From: Adineta vaga
Lineage: Eukaryota > Animalia > Rotifera
Reading direction: 5' to 3'
DNA: 64,000 nt
Assembly (NCBI GenBank): GCA_021613535.1
Contig: CP075497.1
Span: 1,550,001-1,614,000 of the forward strand
The notes beneath the pieces were generated by a model, which saw only the letters and a program-made list of their open reading frames with translations, was not told the DNA's origin and did not search any database. This document shows positions 54,212 to 64,000 of the stretch, in pieces (position 1 is the first letter of the stretch; each line of letters opens with the position of its first letter). The position numbers and the translations under genes are program-made.

Positions 54212-54994
54212 ATGACATTAATTTCTGCTATAGTTATCGAAGATCATGTTGATGTTAAAAATGCTTACAAGGTTTGATTGCTTAATACTTATATAAAAAT
54301 AATTAATTGGATTTATTCTAGCAATATTTAGCAGCAAAAGGTAATATGAATGAACGAGAACATTGGGCTAATTATCTTCTTTGGGAACTTACTCGTCATT
54401 GTGTTGCTGAAGAACTTATTCTTTATCCAGCTTTTGAAAAATATATGGGTTCTGCAGGAAAGAAAATGGCTGATGAAGATCGTGCAGATCATCATGAAGT
54501 ACAATATTTTTTATCTATTAAAATATAATCTATTTTCTAATTGATATAAAATTCTAGTTGAAAAATCTCTTACATATTCTTGTATCTTCATCAGTTGCTG
54601 ATTCACATTATCCTTCAACATTTGAAAAAGCGATGTCGAATTTATTCGAGCATATTCAAAGGTATAAAACAATATTTCATTGATTTAATATTCCTTTTAA
54701 TAAAAAACCTTTTTAGTGAAGAAGAAAATGATTTACCCAAATTTGAACAGTCGATAACACCTAAAATAAGTGCTGAATTGGCTAAAAAGTTTGAATTAAC
54801 AAAAATGATGGTTCCAACACAGTAAGTGATGGTTCCATATATAATAATTTATTGATTAAAACATTTTGTATTCTTCTTCTAGACCTCATTCAAATCAACA
54901 GCATAAGTTACCATTTAAAACAGTAGATGAATTTATGGGTGCTTCACACGAAAAACTTCAAGAATTAATTGATCAATATTCAAATATAAATTGA
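54212..54994 (+). CDS. Hemerythrin HHE cation-binding domain protein (fungal/bacterial type), 4 introns
   Basis: Spliced: IEDH...LTRHCVAEELILYPAFEK...DRADHHE...FEHIQSEEENDLP...TKMMVPTQPH...PF; H, HxxxE, H and HxxxE ligands are retained. Confidence 0.85.
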
Positions 54995-55502
54995 ATAAAC
55001 TTTTAAAATTGTTTCCTTTTATTTAATTCTACGAAAGCGATTATAATAAACTAGCCTTGAGATTTACTATTCCAAAAACAATGTTGTTTAATATATACGA
55101 CGCAAGATTTTTGAACGTTAGGGACTTACTGCGTGCAACTTTGACGCAATGGTCATATCGCTCTTAAAAATAGGCGATATGAGCATACATGTCAAGTTTG
55201 AAATTTGCCACTGACTATTTTGGATGAAACTGTTCAATTGAAATCTTGAGGGTGCGGATGTATGTATGTGTGGATTCGAAAATTTTATTGAGAATATTTG
55301 GCTGATACTGGCGGTAATATGTCCAGGTCGGAAAAACGTCTTTTCAGTAAAGTCGCAGGGTTGGGCGAACGAAGTGTTCTTGAGAATTGAATATTTTATT
55401 TGATGTAATTGTTAAAGATGATCTCATTTGAAACTTGAATTGCAACGTTTCAGTTGAAGCGAGAATTTTCAATTGAATTCAAGTTTCACACTACTAACAA
55501 TA

Positions 55503-55686
55503 TCCTGTCGGATTCCTGGTGACGGAATCATTTCGGATCCAACATAGGATCCTATAGTTTCCAAAAAAACGGATTTCGACGGATCGGACAGGTGGCCATA
55601 AGATCGTATTAAAATATAGCTAAACAGAACACTCATAAAATTTGCAGCTTCCGACGGAATTCAATATCGAATTTATCGATCTGGGA
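55503..55686. repeat. Degenerate GC-richer interspersed repeat (CCTGGG-ended family)
   Basis: Recurrent CCGACGGA/TCGGAT motifs, ending ATCGATCTGGG; related to the element at 55812. Confidence 0.4.
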
Positions 55687-55811
55687 CGTAGCAATGAGGT
55701 TATCAATGAAACGGGAAGATTGTATATCTAACATCATGATCAAACTACTTTAAACGAACAAATTACACCGTTACAAGGTAAGCAGGAAAACATAAAAGAT
55801 ATTATATCTTA

Positions 55812-55893
55812 CCCAGGTCGAAAAATCCGAGACTGGAATTCACCGGAACAGGCCGAGAAATTCCGATCGGAATACTGCTTCCATTGTCCTGGG
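55812..55893. mobile_element. Tiny TA-flanked MITE (CCCAGG...CCTGGG)
   Basis: TA|CCCAGG...CCTGGG|TA. Its internal GGAATACTGCTTCCAT recurs inverted (ATGGAAGCAGTATGCC) near 4725. Confidence 0.6.
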
Positions 55894-56296
55894 TACTCCG
55901 TCTTTTATAGAATTACAAGAAAAGAAAAAAATTTATGAATGCTATCAACAACAATTAGAAAAATTTAAAGAAACTATAGATCACATACAACAAAAGCTAA
56001 AAAATATGTAAGTTTCATTTGATAATAATTGTCTCAAATCCAATATTTCATTTTCATATAGAAAATAGTATGTTTCCTTGATCCGTTTCACTTTCTGTTT
56101 CAACTGGTACGTAAAACAATTCATTTCTGATATTATTTTCGTTAAATTTCTTCTTTTTTAGTTATTTTTCTTGAACAACAAAATGAAAATAAAGAATTAA
56201 AAAAATTGAATATTTTCAATAAACATCGCGATTTTATCTTCCATATTCATCAATACTTTAGTGATAGTAATCACCCAAAGAGAGGTTTTATATAAT

Positions 56297-57000
56297 GAAT
56301 GATATTCTTCAAATTATTATCCAAAATATAACATAAAATTGTTAAAAATTAGATAATAGAGACATCTATGTGCGATGCGATAAAAACACATCCTATGTAC
56401 CTTTTCATTTTGGACAATCACGTGGATAAGCATGTATTAAGTAGTTCAATTCATTTCTCAGTATATGTCTAGTCGACTAACTTGTCTGTATCTAAAGAAA
56501 AGATTTTCATTTCTTTGTTGTCGAACGTCAGTGATACATATCAATTGAATAACTAAAATGACATCAATTACAGCTGTATAGTTATCAACGATAATACTGA
56601 TGTTAAAAATGCTTATCAGGTTTAATTTATTAATAGTTATAAAAAAAATAATTAATTGGATTTATTCTAACAATATTTAGCAGAAAAAGGTAATATGAAT
56701 GAAAAGGAGATCGGTGTGAAGCTAGCACGAAAAACTAAGATACATAAAAGAATGTTTTTAAATGAATTTCCGTCGATAACATCGGAAATAAGTGTTGTAT
56801 TAGCATAACAATTCGAATCAACCAAGATATTAGTTCCAACGCAAAAAATTAATTTCATTTTTAATTTATTTATTAAAGCAGCTTTTTTTCGATCTCAGTC
56901 AGATCAACAACATAAATTACCATTTGAAACAATAGATGAATTTATGGGTGCTTCATACGAGAAAATTCAAGGAATACTTGATCAATATTCAAATGCTTAT
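56297..57000 (+). pseudogene. Decayed duplicate of the hemerythrin gene and its upstream region
   Basis: 56297-56705 parallels 53945-54355. Frameshift after ATG 56558, acceptor changed CTAG to CTAA, middle exons replaced; last exon (QQHKLPFETIDEFMGASYEK) still recognisable. Confidence 0.85.
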
Positions 57001-57274
57001 CAAATACAAACTTTGGTATTTTATCGATAAGGATTATGGAGAAGTTTTATTACAGATAAAGATCATCCTATCATTCACTTCTTCGTAGAATCTCATAGTT
57101 TATTATTCAAAATTGACACTTTTTTGTAGTAATTGTCAATATATCAAGATATATTGTATTATCAAAACATAGTTCAAGTATTCTCAAAACTATCGGATTA
57201 TTTGTGAACAACGTCTTTTGAGGGTCTAGGTATGAGTGACAGTATAGAAGAAAAGAACACGCGCACCCTCAAGA

Positions 57275-57367
57275 TGATGTTCTTCCTGCATATATAACTG
57301 CTCCATTTGAACTTCAAAGTTGGTCATCACCACCTACTTCACATTCATTTACTGTTAATGTTTATAA
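57275..57367 (+). pseudogene. ~90-bp duplicated fragment of exon 2 of the 51983-52689 gene
   Basis: ATGTTCTTCCT..ATATAACTG.TCCATTTGAACTTCAAAGTTGGTCATCACCACCT.CTTCACAT.CATTTACTGTTAATGTTTATAAT matches about 52292-52383. Confidence 0.85.
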
Positions 57368-57805
57368 TTTATTATTGATTTTGAGATGTGTTTCTCAAAA
57401 GACTTTCTACTATTGTTTTCAATTCTCAGATAAATAAAGGATATGAGACCTTACAATTCTTGTAAAATGCCTATAGTTACTTTGACAGTTGAATCGATCT
57501 CCTGATTGGAGACAACATAAATTACACTGACATCATGTTAATTAAATTCTTGAAATGTCACGATGTTCTTCTTAAGCAACAACCACATTAGTCTAAATAT
57601 AATGACTAATAGCATTATTGAATATGTGAAATTAATATCTACCACCTATCTCCCTTCTATGAATCATATGAAATGTTCTCAAATACTGCGCACGGAATAA
57701 CGTTTTTGTTGATAAACGATACTGCCGATAAGATCACATATGACGTTGAATCTTACAAAGCCATATATTGACATAAGGAAACGCAAAATAAAAATATGAT
57801 GTTTC

Positions 57806-57830
57806 ATATATATATATATATATATATATA
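57806..57830. repeat. (TA)n microsatellite
   Basis: Direct reading. Confidence 0.9.
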
Positions 57831-57890
57831 AATGCGTCCACGTATTTTTCTTTAAATTCCCTCTTGATTGTTTCCACCTAAAACTATTTC

Positions 57891-58700
57891 ATGTTTCACA
57901 AAATATATATTCTTGTAATATTATTCGTATTTCCATATGCAGGATCGCGTCAATGTTCGAGGAAGTATACTTTTCTAGGACTGCAACTAAATGCATCGAT
58001 ACCTTCAGTTTTTTGCGCATCATCAACGGAATCAAATAATCATGCCGATCAAACGTGTTCTGTGAATTTAAAGATCGATTCGATGAATGGTATTGTTGAT
58101 AGAACATTTATGACTAAATCGCCAGTACCTCTTTATTTTCATAATCGACTTGATGTTTGAACACGTTTTCCATTGAACAATAGTTCAATAATCATTGATG
58201 TTGATTATACATGTTCAGTGAGTGATTATTGTGATCTTGATTTTGTGAGAGAAACATTATCATCATCATCATGGAATACAACACTTGTGAATCGTCTTTA
58301 TGAACCAACTAGTACTGATCCTGTTCAATGTTCGAACGGTAATTCATGTCCACAAAATACCACATCTTGTGTAGGTGTATATGTTCGAACAAATCCAACA
58401 CAGACTAATCCAACCTTTATTGCCAGTGGATGTCAGAATATGAATAATTCTTTAGAGATTATCTGTGCTCAGAGTTTTTTGTCTAATAATCAGCAAAAGC
58501 CGATGGATATGGATGCAGGTGTATTTAACTTAACTAAAACAACTACTACAACCATATCAACAACACCAAATAATGCATCTATTGTATTTCAAGTTTTTAA
58601 CAATTTTCTTTCATTTTCTATTGCTGTTTTTGTTTCACAGCACAGTTTTTTTTATATAGTTCAAAGTAAATTTATTTGTTGTTATGAAATGCACATTTGA
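57891..58700 (+). pseudogene. Cys-rich surface protein copy 1 (premature TGA plus two in-frame deletions)
   Basis: Paralog of 59386-60322. AGA in the paralog is TGA here (58158-58160); lacks about 8 aa after SSWN and the LFCNKPHC...LP segment. Confidence 0.8.
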
Positions 58701-59385
58701 ATAAATCATCAAGAAAACTAGAAATTGTTTTCAGTTTAAACAAGATTTTTCCATCGAAAAAAAATACATGATATATAAATATGATCATTAGGATTTACAT
58801 GTTTTCACTCTGACAATGAGTAATTTCTATATTTCAACAAACAAACGAAGTTTCGATTTTCGATATGAAATAATCTATTGGTATTATAAACAATTTTGTT
58901 CCTCCTCCTGCTGCTAGGGTGTATATAATTTGAGGAAGATGAGTAATAGATGTTTATTGTGATCATATGAAAATAAAGAGATATGGTATTTGAAGAGTTT
59001 CAGTGTGGTTTACTAGATTATAGTGCCTTGAAACCCACTACTCTTCATACATTTTAATCCTTCAAATATACAAATATTGTCTACAAACGCACCGATCCTG
59101 AGAGTATAATGTATATTCAATCTAGAGAATGAGTAATGGCACTCTCACTTAGCAAAATCAACATATGATATTCGTCATCACCATGTGAATAATATAGAAT
59201 AACGTCAGATCTTGTTCTCTCCGTGACGTTGCTGTTAGCAACAGTTGTTTTCGTTCTTGATACCGTCTGCATGTGACGCATTTATCTTAGTAAATATTAC
59301 ATATTGACGTAAGGAAACGAAAAATACAAAATATATTTATAGGTTGAAAATTTCTAAATTTCCTCGTAATAAATATTTTAGTAGC

Positions 59386-60322
59386 ATGATGAAAAATCGG
59401 ATTATCGAGTCTACCATTATTTTCATACTATTATTTTTGATACCATACGTGGAATCACGTCAATGTTGGAAAAACTGTACTTTTCAAGGACTGCAACTAA
59501 ATGCACCCATTCCTTCAGATTTTTGTTCATCATCAATGGAATCAAATAATCAAACGAATCAAACATGTGCAAGTACAATTAAAGATCGATTTGATGAATG
59601 GTATTCTCAATGGATCCTTTATTACTAAACCGCAGTTACCTTATTATTTTGATAATCGACTGGATGTTAGAACACAGTTTCCATTGACCGATAGTTCTGT
59701 GGTCATTGATATTGATTATAGATGTACTATGAGTGATTACTGTGATATTGATTTTGTGAGAGAAGCATTATTATCATCATGGAATGTATCATCAGTGAAA
59801 TCTATTCATGAAACACTTGTGAATCGTCTTTATGAACCAACTAGTACTGGTCCTGTTCAATGTTCGAACGGTAATTCATGTCCACAAAATACTACATCTT
59901 GTTTAGGTGTTTATCTTCGAACAAATCCAACACAGACTAATCCAAATCATATTGACAGTGAATGTCAGGATAGAAGTGATTTCTTCGAGATTAATTGGGA
60001 TCAGACTTTTTTGCCTAATAATCAACAACAGTCGCAGGATACTGGTGCATTGTTTTGTAACAAGCCACATTGTGCATCAAATGCGTCGATCATCGAAACC
60101 TTTCAATGGTTATCTCGAGAATATATTTTACCATTGAATATATCTGTACTTGACTTAACAACGACGACAACAACTACTACAACGATATCAACAACAACAA
60201 CAACAACATCAATACCTACAACTAAACCTAATAATGCATCTACTGTATTTCAAGTTTTTAATTATTTTCTTTCATTTTTTATCGCTATTTCTGTTTTACA
60301 ACACAGTTTTTTGCACATGTAA
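59386..60322 (+). CDS. Cys-rich secreted/GPI-type surface protein with Thr-rich stalk (Ly6/three-finger-like Cys pattern, tentative); +1 frameshift near 59571
   Basis: Signal peptide, two Cys-rich domains ending C-x4-C (CTMSDYC has x5; CNKPHC), poly-Thr, NNA plus hydrophobic tail. TGT GCA A GTA CAA TTA AAG vs paralog TGT TCT GTG AAT TTA AAG. Confidence 0.65.
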
Positions 60323-60994
60323 ATGAAAACTTGTTTATTCTTTGCAAATCAATATTTTGATAAATCATAACTTTTCACACCGATAATGAATTATTACTAT
60401 GTTTATTTGTTTATATACTCAACTAAGTGTAAAAAGAATTTTTTTCTGATGATGAACATAGAAATTATGTTTTTCGTTAAGTACAAAAGTTATTGCTATT
60501 GTTATATTAACGTGGTTTTTTTCATAGAAAAGAAGGAATGGTTGATTAATTTGAATTGAAACGTAATTTGTGCTTCGCTTCTTCAAATATTTAGGTCATT
60601 ATATCTGATCATATTAAAGTATAGAAGAAAAGAGAAAACGAATATTTCAAGAAATTGTATTTTGTTATTCAGCTTTCTGTACACGTACTTTGTTTCTTAT
60701 AGATCAATATATTCAACTAAACCTTTCTTTAATTCTTGATTTTGAACTATATTTAGTAGGGTTTTTTTCCAAAATGTTCCGATCATATTATATATCAATT
60801 ATTGAATAGCTTAAATTAAAAAGATCTTGTCCGTGTTTTGCTTTTATTTGTTACCTTAGCATAGACAAAAAAAGACACAAAAAGACAGAATAAAGCGAAT
60901 GTTAGTTAAAGATAGAACTAAAGTACATAAATATAATGAAGAAATAGAAATATATTTTCTTCTTCTTGTGTTCTTTGTTTTTATTTCTTGAAAT

Positions 60995-62696
60995 TTATCG
61001 AGAAAGGTGTGGATAATTTTTATCCAAACCACCATTCGGTGAAATTGTTTGTTCAACAGGAATTTGAGCTTGAGATTGATTTACTACTTGTGTCTGTTGT
61101 TGAGGATAGTACTGTTGAGGCAACATATTTTGATAATAAGGGGCATAATAAATATTTGGATCGTAATTAGTCGGAGTATTGCCATTAGCAAGATTAGGAT
61201 TAGGATATTGATTCCATGATCCGGATGAAGATTGTATATCATTCGATGGTATCATTGTTGATGAAAGTGGATAGGCATTTCCATAAAGATTTCCATTCGA
61301 TTGTGATGATGATAAACCATATGTTGATTGAATTGGATTTGAATAATTCGAATGTTGATTTAATCCATTTGGATTAAATGTTGTTTGTCCTTGATTTTGT
61401 GAATAAACTGTTGATGAAGATGAAGCGGAATTACCTAATGTACCATATACACTATTATTGCTATTTGTTGATGATAAACCGCTACCACCATTATTTCCTA
61501 TTGAATAAGAATTATAAAACAATCTTGAGAATATCAGTATGAGTATTACCTATTGACCATTGTGTTACAGAATTACTGTTGCTATTATTATTGTTATTAT
61601 TATTTCGAACATCACCACTATTTGTATTCCAATATGTTCCTCCATTATTTGTACCTTGACTCCATTGATCAATCTAATCAATAAAATATTATATAAAAAG
61701 AAACGTTTAACAGTGAACGAAATTACTTGTATAGGATAATTATTATTATTTGCCATATAATAAGCATTCTGATTTGTATGAGCATTGACCATAGATGGAT
61801 GTGCCATTGTAGAAGTTGGAATTGATGAAATAAAAATATTATTAAGTTGATGTGGTGAAAAATATTCTCCATATTGATATTGTTGTTGCATTTGTAATTG
61901 TTGTTGTTGTTGCTGTTCATGTGGACGTGGTTTAGCTGGTCGAACTTCAATTGAAGCACCATTGACTGAATGACGTTGTTGACGTAAAACTTCTTCTGCA
62001 GTTTTTTCTGATGAAAATGAAACGAAGCCAAATGGACGACGAACACTTTTTTCTCGATCCATTGGCTAAAATAATAACAAATAAAACTAGTAGGTAAGTG
62101 TTCTTCTCCTTCTCTATCTACCAATTCAATTGTATCAATAATTCCAAACTGTGAAAAATAATCTGATAAATCTTGTTCAACAAAATCAACTGGAAGTTGA
62201 CCAATAAAAATCTTTTTCACCGGATTTGTCACAGCTATTCAAAAACAATCATTTCAATCAAATAATGACATCCCATAGAAATAAACTTACGTGGACGTCG
62301 ATGTGCTGGTTTAGGATCAATTTGACATTGATTAATCGTATGTGCTTGAACATTAAGAACTTTTTGTATTGATTCCTTTTCATCAAAAAGAATAAAAGCA
62401 AAGCCACGTGCTCTTCCACCGGGTACATCATATTTAATTGTAACATCTTCAATTGAACCGAATTCTGAAAAATATTTCTCTAAATCTTCTTTTGTTATAT
62501 CAGATGATAATTGTCCAACAAATAATTTTCGTTCATCATCAGGTTTCGGAACTTTTCCATCACGAATTGAATTGATTGTTTCGTTACAATTATCATTATT
62601 CTTTGATAAAGATTCATCTTTTTGATTATCAAAATTATCATTGATTTCAGATGATGAATGTTGATCATCATTTGAAGTTGTTTGACTATTTAGCAT
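60995..62696 (-). CDS. hnRNP D/AB / squid-like RNA-binding protein (2 RRMs plus N/Q/S/Y-rich tail)
   Basis: DDERKLFVGQL, RARGFAFILF, IDPKPA, VKKIFIGQL, RRPFGFVSF; prion-like low-complexity C-terminus; several short introns. Confidence 0.85.
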
Positions 62697-63020
62697 TCTA
62701 TTCAAAAGAAGAGAAAAAGCAACGTTGATTTCTTAACTAAAAGAAATTCTTCAAATGAAATGTGAAACTTACATTGAAATTTTCTTTGATTTGATATAAC
62801 AAAACAAGAAGTTAAAATTTTTGATCCATTCTCAAATTATTGTTTTCTAAAAACCATCTAAAATGATAGTTGGTTTTTCATTACTTTTCATTAATTAACT
62901 ATCATTAAATAGATAAATAAGAAGAAAGATAAATATTTTACACCGAGAAGAGAAAAAAAAGAAAAATAAGAAAGTGAATCTACAATGTCAAATAGAAAGA
63001 AACAAAGTATCGGAGATCAT

Positions 63021-64000
63021 TCAGAGATCAACAAGTTTTGAGAGTGAATGATTTTTGATATCATCTAACGAAGAATTTAGATTTGTTGGTGCCGAAAATA
63101 TTAAATCATATTGTTGAACTTTAAGAACACCGACACCACCTCCTAATCGACGATATGCCATTCCTCCATGAAATTTCCAACAACTATTTTCATTGTCATA
63201 TAATTCAACACTTTTTAAATAGGATGTTCCCTGAAAAAGATATTCGATTCGATTCAATTCAATCGTATTTCAAAAGAGTTTTCACTTACATCAAATCCAC
63301 CTATGGCCATTAGTTGATTATTAACTACAGCTAATCCAACCTATTTACCAAAGAGAGAATTGTTTAAACAATAGAAAAAATGAAATCAATGAGAATATTT
63401 ACTCCACTACGTCTTGAATTCATTGAAACAACTGCTGTCCATTGATTCGTTTTTGGATTATATCTTTCAGCTGTTGATAATTCTGTTGCATCATCTCGTC
63501 CACCAACAGAATCTATATAAACAAACAAAAAAAATAAGCAATCAATTTGAAACAAGAGACCTACAAATAAATCCATTATAAACAGCACAACCCAGATGTT
63601 TTCGACGTGTTAACATTGGTGCAATGGATATCCATTTATTCATTTTTGAATCATATTTTTCAACTAAAACATTCAATTAAAATTCTTCAATCACTCCGAA
63701 AGATAGTTCACCTGTATTGAGCGGAGATTGTCCATCGGATCCACCAATTGCATAAAGATAACCATCAAGTACGGCAACAGCAACACCTAATCGTTTTGTA
63801 CCCATGGATGCTACACGTGTCCATCGTTCAATTGTTGGATCATATCTAAAGATAAATTTTATCAGAAGATATATCATTCTTTTCAATTTACTTTTCAACA
63901 AGATTTAAACAAGATATTCCATCTTGTCCACCAACAGCAAATAAACAATCATCAAGAACAGTAACTCCAACACTTGTTCGACATGAACTCGTCGGTGCTA
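63021..64000 (-). CDS. KLHL20: Kelch-like protein KLHL20/diablo, C-terminal kelch repeats (5' part outside the window)
   Basis: [91 protein letters not shown]. Confidence 0.9.

Overview
AT-rich eukaryotic (animal) DNA with many 50-65 bp GT-AG introns. It is most consistent with a bdelloid rotifer (inference from NHL-repeat genes, TGTGGG telomere-type repeats, short TA-flanked MITEs and several microbial-type genes). Conserved metazoan genes (CCK-receptor-like GPCR, STK33-like kinase, HDDC2, hnRNP-D/squid-like, KLHL20/diablo, 2 tRNA-Ala) are mixed with accessory genes. The main result is a candidate animal biosynthetic/defence cluster at 31.3-50.0 kb: an ABCC4/MRP4-type exporter, a secreted Cys-rich protein, a carotenoid-cleavage-type dioxygenase, a single-module type I PKS (KS-AT-DH-ER-KR-ACP-TE, about 2,680 aa, 3 introns) and a divergent pair of diapausin-like antifungal peptide genes. 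The PKS and the ABC exporter are unrelated genes but carry the same ~185-bp sequence immediately upstream of their start codons, and these two copies bracket an 11.7-kb oxygenase+PKS cassette as direct repeats. Caveat: PKS, oxygenase and ABCC each contain one frameshift in this sequence, which could be assembly error or early decay. Other candidates are a CAHS/LEA-like helical hydrophilin, a CX3C..CX3C cationic secreted peptide, a catalytically dead papain homolog, a SidJ/DUF1749 esterase, a hemerythrin-domain protein and a microbial-looking beta-rich protein. All family calls come from motif recognition by eye; no database search was run.
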